Positions 41,810-49,578 of a stretch of 64,000 nt of DNA are shown one piece after another (within the stretch, counting starts at the first letter, position 1; each line of letters starts with the position of its first letter). The notes below the pieces were generated by a model, which was not told where the DNA came from, did no database searches, and saw nothing but the letters and a program-made list of their open reading frames with translations. The stretch covers positions 1,248-65,247 of the forward strand of contig CAJODA010000007.1 in NCBI GenBank assembly GCA_905233745.1, in the 5' to 3' direction. Origin of the DNA: an uncultured Bacteroidales bacterium. GTDB lineage: Bacteria; Bacteroidota; Bacteroidia; Bacteroidales; WCHB1-69. The translations under genes were made by a program, and so were the position numbers.

Positions 41810-43162
41810 ATGTTTCAGCGATTGATCTCTGGCTGCGTCAAGATGGTGCAGCGTTATCTCCCCGAACCGTTCATATTCGCCATTATTCTCACATTTATCG
41901 CCGCATTGCTGGCGATGCCCATTTGCCATCAGACGCCCGTCGAGGTGGTGGAACACTGGGGCGGAGGAGTGTGGAACCTGCTGGCCTTCTCCATGCAGAT
42001 GGCATTGGTGCTGGTTTGCGGCTCTACGCTGGCTGCTGCGCCAGTCGTGAAAAGAGGCATCAGTGTGCTGGCTTCCCTGCCTAAGTCTTCCGCCGGAGCC
42101 ATTGCTCTCGTGACAGCGGTCTCCGCAATCGCCTGCTGGCTCAACTGGGGATTTGGACTGATTGTCGGGGTTATCTTTGCCAAGGAGATTGCCCGAAAAC
42201 TGCCGGGTGTTGACTACCGTCTGCTCATTGCCTCTGCATACAGCGGTTTCGTGGTATGGCACGCCGGCCTCTCCGGTTCCATTCCCCTTACGATGGCCAC
42301 GCCCGGTGAGGCGCTCACTGCCGCCACCAATGGCATTCTCACCGCTCCAGTGCCTGTGTCTCAGACTATTTTGCATCCCTACAACCTCGTAATGGTGGTG
42401 TTGGTTATTGCCGCCTTGGTGACAGTCAATGCTTTGATGCATCCTAAGCAGGGTGTGGTTACGGTTGACCCGTCACTGTTGGTTGAGGAGACTGCAGAGG
42501 TTTCGGAAACAGCTGATACCCCTGCCGAGAAAATGGAGAATAGCCGCATCTTGGCTTGGCTGATTGCGTTGCTGGGACTCTCCTATCTGGTGATTAAACT
42601 ATTCTTCCGGGGTGGGGCTTTTGATCTCAACTCAGTAATCATGCTTTTCCTGTTTGTGGGAGTGATCTTACATGGTACACCGTTGTCTTATGTGCGCGCT
42701 TTCACGAAGGCGGCATCAGGAGCCGCAGGCATTTTGCTTCAATTCCCTTTCTATGCGGGTATTATGGGTATCATCACGGGCGTAGGACACTCTGGTATCT
42801 GTTTCGGCACGGTTATCAGCGATGCATGTATCTCCATATCGACGCCTACAACCTATCCGCTGCTTACGTTTCTGTGTGCTGCTGTGCTCAACATGTTTGT
42901 ACCTTCCGGTGGCGGACACTGGGCTATTCAGGCTCCTATTATGTTTGCTGCAGGTGCCAACCTCGGTGTTGACCCGGGTCTCACTGGAACCGCTATTGCA
43001 TGGGGTGACGCCTGGACCAACCTCATACAGCCTTTCTGGGCAATCCCGGCACTGGCCATTGCCAAACTCAATGCAAAAGACATCATGGGATTCTGCCTCA
43101 TCGATTTGCTCGTAACAGGTGTGATTATCTGTGGCGGATTGTTGTGCTGGGCAATTTTTTAA
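41810..43162 (+). CDS. atoE: Short-chain fatty acid transporter (AtoE family)
   Basis: 450 aa polytopic membrane protein. The N-terminus FQRL...V...VQRYLPEPFIFAIILT is typical of AtoE/TIGR00366. Confidence 0.8.
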   Translation: MFQRLISGCVKMVQRYLPEPFIFAIILTFIAALLAMPICHQTPVEVVEHWGGGVWNLLAFSMQMALVLVCGSTLAAAPVVKRGISVLASLPKSSAGAIALVTAVSAIACWLNWGFGLIVGVIFAKEIARKLPGVDYRLLIASAYSGFVVWHAGLSGSIPLTMATPGEALTAATNGILTAPVPVSQTILHPYNLVMVVLVIAALVTVNALMHPKQGVVTVDPSLLVEETAEVSETADTPAEKMENSRILAWLIALLGLSYLVIKLFFRGGAFDLNSVIMLFLFVGVILHGTPLSYVRAFTKAASGAAGILLQFPFYAGIMGIITGVGHSGICFGTVISDACISISTPTTYPLLTFLCAAVLNMFVPSGGGHWAIQAPIMFAAGANLGVDPGLTGTAIAWGDAWTNLIQPFWAIPALAIAKLNAKDIMGFCLIDLLVTGVIICGGLLCWAIF

Positions 43163-43176
43163 TTGGTATGTATTAA

Positions 43177-43208
43177 ATAGTAGAGACGCAGTATTCTGCG
43201 TCTCTACT
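43177..43208. terminator. Bidirectional terminator hairpin between atoE and the convergent DUF4159 gene
   Basis: TAGTAGAGACGCAG-TATT-CTGCGTCTCTACTA: perfect 14-bp stem. Confidence 0.75.
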
Positions 43209-43238
43209 ATGATCTGTTATCTGTCCACTGTTCCCTGA

Positions 43239-43889
43239 TTATCGTGTAAACACGTATTGCAGAATATTGGCTCCCATCTGCAGCGCTTTGGTGCGGGTGG
43301 CTTCCGAGTCCTTGTGTACGATGAAATCTTCCCAGCCGTCGCCGAGGTCGCATTCGTAGGTGAAGAGGAACACCATGCGGCCCTCCCAGAAAATGGCGAA
43401 GGCTTGCGGCGGCTTGTTGTCGTGCTCGTGAATCTTGGGAAGTCCGTTGGGAAAACTGTATTTCTGATGGAAGATTGGATGGTTGAAGGGGAGTTCCACA
43501 AACTCAGCTTCGGGGAACACTTTTTTCATCTCCCTGCGGATGTAAGGGTTCATGCCGTAGTTGTCATCCGCGTGCAGGAAGCCGCCGGAGATCAGGTACG
43601 TGCGAAGGTTATCCACTTCAGCATCGCTGAACACAATGTTGCCGTGGCCGGTCATGTGCACGAAGGGATACTGGAAGATGTCGGCACTGCCCGGCTCCAC
43701 AGTGGCGGGTTTGGGATCGAGGCTCATGCCGAGGTTCGCGTTGCAGAACTTGATGAGGTTAGGCAGCGAGGTGGGGTTCACATACCAGTCGCCACCGCCG
43801 TTGTATTTCAACAGAGCTATTTTTTGCGCCGGAGCCGCGAGGCAAAGTGCGCAGAACAAGGTTGTCAGGAGTTGCCGTTTGATATTCAT
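43239..43889 (-). CDS. DUF4159-family secreted protein
   Basis: Start moved to MNIKRQLL (signal peptide) because a TATTTTTG box at 43924-43931 lies inside the longer ORF. Family recalled from memory. Confidence 0.75.
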   Translation of the reverse strand: MNIKRQLLTTLFCALCLAAPAQKIALLKYNGGGDWYVNPTSLPNLIKFCNANLGMSLDPKPATVEPGSADIFQYPFVHMTGHGNIVFSDAEVDNLRTYLISGGFLHADDNYGMNPYIRREMKKVFPEAEFVELPFNHPIFHQKYSFPNGLPKIHEHDNKPPQAFAIFWEGRMVFLFTYECDLGDGWEDFIVHKDSEATRTKALQMGANILQYVFTR

Positions 43890-43923
43890 CAGCCAAATGT
43901 TTCTAATAATGGTTTTGGAACTG

Positions 43924-43931
43924 CAAAAATA
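43924..43931 (-). promoter_or_regulatory. -7 box TATTTTTG upstream of the DUF4159 gene
   Basis: Exact TAnnTTTG match, 34 nt upstream of the ATG at 43889. Confidence 0.4.
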
Positions 43932-43956
43932 CATCTTTTTTTTGTCTGAGAAGACA

Positions 43957-43996
43957 AAAAAACAGCAGAAACGTCTTAATGTCTCTGCTGTTTTTT
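43957..43996 (-). terminator. Intrinsic terminator after the FISUMP lipoprotein gene
   Basis: 13-bp stem AAAAAACAGCAGA / TCTGCTGTTTTTT, followed on the minus strand by a T-run. Confidence 0.65.
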
Positions 43997-44023
43997 AATT
44001 ATGTAATCAGGGGGATGGATGTA

Positions 44024-44941
44024 CTAGTCTTTTACGCATCTGACAGAATATCCGTTAGCGTTGTTGTAATAGTTTCCGCGATAAATGCCAGTTTTGTCAT
44101 AGTTGAATTGGCGATACCATGCTCGCATCGGGCCAACCTCTGTAGCGGTCCAGAATGCGGCATAGCTGGGGTTAGGCCAACAGACTTTGCCATCACGGGT
44201 GCTATAGGAGCTTGTATGCCAAAGGTAGTAATGAGATTCAAATTCACTAATATCTCCTGCAGGATATATGCTCAATCTGGAGATGTTTTCAATAGTAGAG
44301 TCGGGTAATGCCGGAGTGTTTGTTTTGTAAGTGCTACCCCAACGGTAGGGAGTGCTTGTGGTCATCTTGCTGGCTATCCTTCCTCTGAATCTAGTTTCCT
44401 CAGCTTTAATGCTGTCCATGCCAAGTGCAATCTCCAGTTGTATCCATTCCTGGTCGCTGGGTACGTGCCAGCCGTTAGGGCAGACTCCTTGTATGCCGCT
44501 CGGTGATGCTGAGCTACTGCTTTCACCGTGCATAACCGCTTGCCAGTTGTAAAGATAACCGAAAGCCTCCACATTGGTTTCCCATCCATGCGGAATGTAA
44601 CGGTAGGGCTCAAGAGTAGAATTTTTGCGATGAGAATAAGGATAAAAATTGCAATGAAAATTGAGATTTGTGTCTATGAAGTTAACAGTTACCTGTACTG
44701 GTTGTCCTTCATAACCCAAGGGAATTTCCGTACCGTCCGCATAATGTTCGCTCCGCAAATTCTCCGCCATCCACACCTGATTGTTGATTTTTACGGCATT
44801 ATAGCTGTTCCCGTCAAAGTCGGTTACCGCATTTGCAATCATTTCCACTTTCAATTCGGGATCAGGGGATACCACTGGATCTGTACAGGCTGCCATTGCT
44901 AGAATTGCAACTACAGCAAAGAAGTATAAATTTTTTCTCAT
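44024..44941 (-). CDS. FISUMP-domain lipoprotein
   Basis: True start taken as MRKNLYFFAVVAILAMAAC (lipobox). DFDGNSYNAVKINNQVWMAENL ... YLYNW ... CPNGWHVPS ... SVRCVKD is a FISUMP signature. Confidence 0.85.
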   Translation of the reverse strand: MRKNLYFFAVVAILAMAACTDPVVSPDPELKVEMIANAVTDFDGNSYNAVKINNQVWMAENLRSEHYADGTEIPLGYEGQPVQVTVNFIDTNLNFHCNFYPYSHRKNSTLEPYRYIPHGWETNVEAFGYLYNWQAVMHGESSSSASPSGIQGVCPNGWHVPSDQEWIQLEIALGMDSIKAEETRFRGRIASKMTTSTPYRWGSTYKTNTPALPDSTIENISRLSIYPAGDISEFESHYYLWHTSSYSTRDGKVCWPNPSYAAFWTATEVGPMRAWYRQFNYDKTGIYRGNYYNNANGYSVRCVKD

Positions 44942-44977
44942 AACAGAATAGTTTTTTAAGATGTAAACTTTTTTTTG

Positions 44978-44985
44978 CAAAAATA
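44978..44985 (-). promoter_or_regulatory. -7 box TATTTTTG upstream of the FISUMP lipoprotein gene
   Basis: Exact match, 36 nt upstream of the ATG at 44941. Confidence 0.45.
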
Positions 44986-45054
44986 GGTTTTGCAATGCTT
45001 TCAACCTCGGAATTGAGTGGCAAACAATGCTTCTATATGTGGCATATTTTGCCA

Positions 45055-45272
45055 CTAATCTGAAATCTGGGCTATTTTGGCGCAATCTTCCAGGAAGTTG
45101 TGATTCAAGACTTCCGAAATCCTGATTAGCAGCAACAAGTCGATATTGTTTCGTTTCAGAATTTTGTAGGCGTTGCTCTTGTCACACGGAATGCGAGCCA
45201 TGAGACTTTTCGCCCTTGTAGCTGCATTTCGCTTCTAATCATGTTTCCGATATGTATTTCTGGATTCTCCAT
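45055..45272 (-). pseudogene. Frameshifted small XRE-type helix-turn-helix regulator gene
   Basis: MENPEIHIGNMIRSEMQLQGRKVSWLA in one frame continues as IPCDKSNAYKILKRNNIDLLLLIRISEVLNHNFLEDCAKIAQISD in another. The 218-nt span is one nt short of a 73-codon ORF. Confidence 0.65.
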
Positions 45273-45533
45273 CTAAAAAAAACCGTGAACTTCAATTGTT
45301 TGTATCTGAGGTTCTGCAATACCCGTACAACAAACATGAAAGCTCACGATTTTACGCGAGCGCTCATTTTTCTTTATTGTTGTACTAAGGAAATTTGCAG
45401 ATTTCAGATACCTAAAGAAAAAACAAACGCTATTATATTTTTGTGCTAATCTCTAATAAATGGTCTATAGGCGATGAATTTTGATGAAAAATATAAATTG
45501 GTTGCAAATGTACACAATTATTTCATTGTTGTA

Positions 45534-45851
45534 TTATCCCTCGTTGTACGGGGCGCGGTCCTCCGCGGCATAGTCCACGTGGTCGGGCAAGCCGTTATCT
45601 GCAGGCACGCTGTGTTCGTAAAGAAACTCGGGTGCAAAATCAACGCCGTTGTACCATTCCAAAGTCCAGGACGTTAGTGCAAACTGTATGAATTTTTTTT
45701 TGTCACGGAGTTCATCGAAAAATTTGCCGTGCAAAAAAGGCTCGAAATTCACCAAACGAACATCTCCGTTGCTGAACTCAAGTTTCATCACATAGTCGTG
45801 CAGATATTCCACATCCACTACTCGCATCAGTCCGAAATCTTCCATAATCAT
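45534..45851 (-). CDS. DUF2442-family protein
   Basis: 105 aa. The N-terminus (V.DVEYLHDYVMKLEFSNGDVRLVNF) resembles DUF2442. The ATG overlaps the stop of the upstream gene (TAATG). Confidence 0.75.
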   Translation of the reverse strand: MIMEDFGLMRVVDVEYLHDYVMKLEFSNGDVRLVNFEPFLHGKFFDELRDKKKFIQFALTSWTLEWYNGVDFAPEFLYEHSVPADNGLPDHVDYAAEDRAPYNEG

Positions 45852-46120
45852 TATATTAAAGGTTCAATAGGCAATGGTTCTTGCCCATTTTTCAAGCGAT
45901 TCCAGTTTTCCATAATTTCATCTTTGTGCAGGTCCATCCATTCAAATACTTTAATAAGTTCTTTACGTGACATTTGCCCTGTTACGACACTATTTTTAAT
46001 GGAGATAACAGCACGTTTGTTTCCGTATCTCACATGGAAATGTGGCGGATTGTGGTCGTCTGCAAACATCAAGATGATAATACCATAGAATCTACTGACT
46101 TCGGGCATATTTGTTTTCAT
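45851..46120 (-). CDS. DUF4160-family protein
   Basis: 89 aa. FYGIIILMFADDHNPPHFHVRYG is the hallmark DUF4160 motif. Confidence 0.8.
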   Translation of the reverse strand: MKTNMPEVSRFYGIIILMFADDHNPPHFHVRYGNKRAVISIKNSVVTGQMSRKELIKVFEWMDLHKDEIMENWNRLKNGQEPLPIEPLI

Positions 46121-46132
46121 TTAAATCAGCCG

Positions 46133-46140
46133 CAAAGATA
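46133..46140 (-). promoter_or_regulatory. -7 box TATCTTTG immediately upstream of the DUF4160/DUF2442 pair
   Basis: Exact match 12 nt upstream of the ATG at 46120, implying a very short 5' UTR. Confidence 0.45.
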
Positions 46141-46148
46141 CATCTTTT

Positions 46149-48245
46149 TTAATATCCCCCATTCCACTTTCGTAAGAACCACTCAATGCCCAGCAGCAGC
46201 ACGATGGCGGCCAGATACCATGGTGAATTTAGCAGCATGGCATATTTTTTCTTGTAACTGGCTATGGACTTGATGTTGTCGTTGCGTTTGATTTCATCTG
46301 CCACTTTGTTGATTTCCTCCTTTTGGAAGAATTTTCCTCCGGTGGTACTGGACAGGCTCTTTAGCAAATCATGGTCGGCCACCAGGTTGGCGGTTTCCAG
46401 CATGATTTCCTGCACGGTGAATCGGCCGCTCTTGTCGAAACGCTTTCCTCCGATTTGGGTTGTGGCTGTCCATGTGTAGTTGCCTACAGGTAGTTCGCCC
46501 AAGTTCAGGTAGTAGCCTTTATTCTGTTTGGAGAATTGCGCTTCGTAGGTGGTGTCTCCGCTGCCCTTGATTACCATTTTCACATCAGGTTCGTTAATCA
46601 GCTCATAGCTGTCGTTGTACAATTCGGCGGAGAATTCCACAGAGGCGTTCTCGGCGAATACGTCTGCGTGGCGCACCCGGAACTGACTCTTGTCTCCTTT
46701 GGCAGCCAGATATAGCGCCATTTTGTCAATGATTTCGTTGAAGGCTTCGTGGTTTTCGGCGTACAGGTAGTTGTATAACTTCCACTGCCATAGTCCAGTT
46801 CCCGTGATGACACCAGTCTTGGCCCCATTCTGCTGGTTGAAGACCACTAGCGGATACTTCGTGTCAACTCCATTGATTTTCTGATACATGAAGATATTAG
46901 CGGAGACGCTGGTCTTGTAGGTGCCAAAGATGGTCTGGATTGGCGGAAACTTGGGCAGCAGCCTTTGGGCGTCTTCGGAGAAGGTGAATGAGGTGAAGTT
47001 CTCATTGAAAAGAGGTATGGAGTTGTTGGTCAGATTCTTGTTCTGGCTTACGGTAAGTCCCGTGTTGAGGGCGTTGAAATTGTTGAGGTCGGTTTGAGTG
47101 CCTAAAACATACAATGCGGAGGTGCCGCTTTTCCTGAGCTGTGACAGAATGTTGGCGGCGGAGTTTCCCTTGGAGGGCAGCTGGTGCAGGATTACCAGGC
47201 TGTAGTCTGACGGATTGCCTTTGAATTCTCCGGCGGAAAACACCTCCACCTCGTAGTTGTCCGTCAGAGCAAGCGCTTCATTCATGGCAGCCACATCGGG
47301 ATGCGGTGCATTATAGATGATGGCTATCTTGTCTTTGGACTCCACCACCTCCACATAAAAGTGTATGTGATTGTTCTTGTGGGTTACCTCTCCGTCAAGT
47401 TCCGTAAGGTCGGCATGGTAGTGGTGAATGCCTTTGCTGCCTGCCTCCAGACTCATTTTTACTGTTTCAAAGAAGCGATTCCCACTCAGCGATAAGGTCT
47501 TATGGAATATTTGTTCTGTGCCTTCAAATACGGTCAGTTCGGCGGTTTTGCCTGACAATTTGTTGGCGGCGATTTTCAATTCAACCGGAAACATGTTGCC
47601 CTTGAAAGCCTGTTTGTTATGGTCGGCGCCCGCAAAGAAAAGGTCTGTGGTGAGTTCGGGGTTGCCCAGACCTACCGTGTACACCGGGAAGTTTGATCGG
47701 GAGGCTTTGTAATAGGGGTTTGCCCCAGTGTTATAGATACCATCGCTTAAAAGCACCACAGCACCCATGTTACGATTGGCATACAACATGTTAATGTCAT
47801 CGAAAATGGACGCCAGGTTGGTGGACTTGTCGCTGAAGTCCATGGTCAGCGCTTCGTCATCGGCCAGCAAGTGGTTCTCATCCCCGATTTTGTAAGTTTT
47901 GATTTCGTACTTGCCACCTAAGGCAGTGGCCAAGTCTTGCACGGCTTTGGGGTAATCGTTTAGATAATAGGCGGAATCTTTGGTGGCCCGTAAGGATTCG
48001 CTATTGTCGATGGCGAGCAGGATAACGGGCTTGTCGGTTTGCTTGAGGGTGAGTTTCAGCATGGGAGCCAGCAGCAGGAAGGCTAGCAGCGACATGGCCA
48101 GACCGCGCAGGGAGGCCATGACAATGCGATGTTTTTTCTCAAAGATGATGTTGTTGTTCTTATAGTACAAAAAGATGGCGTATCCTATTCCGATGAGCAG
48201 GATAAGCGGCAGAAACCAGAGTGAGTACTTGGTGAGCAGTGCCAT
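46149..48245 (-). CDS. Membrane-anchored VWA-domain protein (BatA/TIGR02226-like N-terminal double-TM region)
   Basis: 698 aa, two N-terminal TM helices, MIDAS-like DNSES in VILLAIDNSESL, C-terminal TM helix. Confidence 0.7.
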   Translation of the reverse strand: MALLTKYSLWFLPLILLIGIGYAIFLYYKNNNIIFEKKHRIVMASLRGLAMSLLAFLLLAPMLKLTLKQTDKPVILLAIDNSESLRATKDSAYYLNDYPKAVQDLATALGGKYEIKTYKIGDENHLLADDEALTMDFSDKSTNLASIFDDINMLYANRNMGAVVLLSDGIYNTGANPYYKASRSNFPVYTVGLGNPELTTDLFFAGADHNKQAFKGNMFPVELKIAANKLSGKTAELTVFEGTEQIFHKTLSLSGNRFFETVKMSLEAGSKGIHHYHADLTELDGEVTHKNNHIHFYVEVVESKDKIAIIYNAPHPDVAAMNEALALTDNYEVEVFSAGEFKGNPSDYSLVILHQLPSKGNSAANILSQLRKSGTSALYVLGTQTDLNNFNALNTGLTVSQNKNLTNNSIPLFNENFTSFTFSEDAQRLLPKFPPIQTIFGTYKTSVSANIFMYQKINGVDTKYPLVVFNQQNGAKTGVITGTGLWQWKLYNYLYAENHEAFNEIIDKMALYLAAKGDKSQFRVRHADVFAENASVEFSAELYNDSYELINEPDVKMVIKGSGDTTYEAQFSKQNKGYYLNLGELPVGNYTWTATTQIGGKRFDKSGRFTVQEIMLETANLVADHDLLKSLSSTTGGKFFQKEEINKVADEIKRNDNIKSIASYKKKYAMLLNSPWYLAAIVLLLGIEWFLRKWNGGY

Positions 48246-48254
48246 GAGTGGAAA

Positions 48255-49250
48255 TTATAATGCTTTGAAACCGATGATTTCACGAACGTCTTTGACCGTT
48301 TTGGAGGCGCTCTCGCGGGCTTTCTCGGCACCTTCGCGGGCCACTTTGCTGATATAGTCATCTTTGGAGCGTAACTCAAGGATGCGCTCGTAGATAGGCT
48401 GAGTGAAAGCAATCATATCAGCGGCCAGCTGCTTCTTCATGTCGCCATAGCGAATCTGGCAGGCCTGGTATTGGTCTTCGAAGTATTGCACGGTGTCGGG
48501 GGTGGAGACAATCTTCATCAGGCTGAAAAGATTTTCCACAGCCTGCGACTTGGGTTGGCCGGGCTCCGTGGGACCGCTGTCGGACACGGCGCGCATGATC
48601 TTCTTGCGCACCACCTCAGGAGCATCGGAGAGGTATATGCAGGAACTCTCGTTGTCCGACTTGGACATCTTCGTGGAACCGTCCAGCCCGGGTATCTTGA
48701 TGAGCTCGTTGCCGAAGTTATAGGCCACGGGAAGTTTGAAGTATTCGTGCTGGTAGATGCGGTTAAAGCGTTGGGCAAAGTCGCGGGTCATCTCCAGATG
48801 CTGTTCCTGGTCCTTGCCCACGGGCACCTTGTCGGCGCGGTGCAGCAGGATGTCGGCGGCCATGAGCACCGGGTAGTTGAGCAGTCCGGCGTTCACGTTG
48901 TTGGGCTGGCGGCGCACCTTCTCCTTGAAGGAGGCCACGCGCTGCAGCTCGCCCACATAGACGTTCATGGAGAGCAGCAAGCTCAGCTCGCACACTTGAG
49001 GCACATCACTCTGCACGTAGATGGTGGCTTTCTCAGGGTCCAGGCCGGCGGCGATGTAGTCGATGAGCACATTGCGCACGTTGGTGCCAAGGTCGGAAGG
49101 GGTGGGATGCGTGGTGAGGGAATGATAATCCGCGATGAAGAAGAAGCATTTGTTCTCGTTCTGCATCTTGATGAAATTCCGCAACGCGCCGAAATAATTG
49201 CCCAAATGTAAAAATCCGGTTGGCCGAATGCCGCTGACAACTGTATCCAT
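48255..49250 (-). CDS. trpS: Tryptophan--tRNA ligase
   Basis: 331 aa. HIGH-type motif (TGFLHLGNYFG) and KMSKS (KMSKS present). Confidence 0.97.
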   Translation of the reverse strand: MDTVVSGIRPTGFLHLGNYFGALRNFIKMQNENKCFFFIADYHSLTTHPTPSDLGTNVRNVLIDYIAAGLDPEKATIYVQSDVPQVCELSLLLSMNVYVGELQRVASFKEKVRRQPNNVNAGLLNYPVLMAADILLHRADKVPVGKDQEQHLEMTRDFAQRFNRIYQHEYFKLPVAYNFGNELIKIPGLDGSTKMSKSDNESSCIYLSDAPEVVRKKIMRAVSDSGPTEPGQPKSQAVENLFSLMKIVSTPDTVQYFEDQYQACQIRYGDMKKQLAADMIAFTQPIYERILELRSKDDYISKVAREGAEKARESASKTVKDVREIIGFKAL

Positions 49251-49266
49251 GTTATAAAGGTTTAGA

Positions 49267-49336
49267 GATTATAGATGAGAGATTAGAGATTATCGAAAAA
49301 TAAAAATCGCTCATCTATAATCGTTACACGATAATC
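49267..49336 (-). promoter_or_regulatory. Structured AT-rich 5' leader of trpS with interleaved complementary segments
   Basis: Perfect 13-nt complement 49267-49279 / 49310-49322 and 8-nt complement 49288-49295 / 49329-49336. Located between the -7 box and the ATG. Confidence 0.4.
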
Positions 49337-49353
49337 GTTTTATTATGAGGTTG

Positions 49354-49361
49354 CAAAGATA
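49354..49361 (-). promoter_or_regulatory. -7 box TATCTTTG upstream of trpS
   Basis: Exact TAnnTTTG match, about 105 nt upstream of the ATG. Confidence 0.5.
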
Positions 49362-49379
49362 CAAAATTTTGCGTCTCTA

Positions 49380-49511
49380 CAGGCGGGCACACACGGCACC
49401 AATGTGCAGGCCGCGCAAATCGACCTGTCACGTTACGCCAACGGTGTTTATTTCATCAAGGCCGTGGCCAATGGCAACGTGATGGGGATTCGCAAGGTTG
49501 TGAAACAATAA
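49380..49511 (+). pseudogene. Relic 3' end of a T9SS-cargo gene (only the last ~40 codons of a C-terminal sorting domain remain)
   Basis: Translates to ...AGTHGTNVQAAQIDLSRYANGVYFIKAVANGNVMGIRKVVKQ*, a typical T9SS CTD tail. There is no upstream coding region, and its own terminator is retained. Confidence 0.6.
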
Positions 49512-49534
49512 TCACACACTCCGAAAACTTCAAC

Positions 49535-49570
49535 GGGCACGGGATCTCGGTTCCGTGCCCTTTCTATTTT
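49535..49570 (+). terminator. Intrinsic terminator belonging to the relic cargo gene
   Basis: GGGCACGGGA-TCTCGG-TTCCGTGCCC followed by TTTCTATTTT. Confidence 0.65.
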
Positions 49571-49578
49571 GCCAATAT

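Noticed and set aside
44008-44016. 7-bp inverted match GGGGGAT (44009-44015) / ATCCCCC (46144-46150) at the two islet borders, as possible terminal inverted repeats
   Set aside because: It is too short to be significant, and the right-hand copy overlaps the 3' end (stop codon) of the flanking VWA gene.
44942-45085. 48-codon N-terminal extension of the FISUMP lipoprotein ORF in the ORF track
   Set aside because: The extension overlaps the 3' end of the HTH pseudogene and a TATTTTTG promoter box. The internal Met gives a canonical lipoprotein signal peptide.
45441-45460. 11-mer TAATCTCTAAT shared between the islet spacer and the trpS leader
   Set aside because: A few such matches are expected by chance for AT-rich 11-mers in 128 kb of two-strand sequence.
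49251-49353. Trp-codon leader peptide (classical attenuation) in the trpS leader
   Set aside because: The leader contains no TGG codon and no short ORF.
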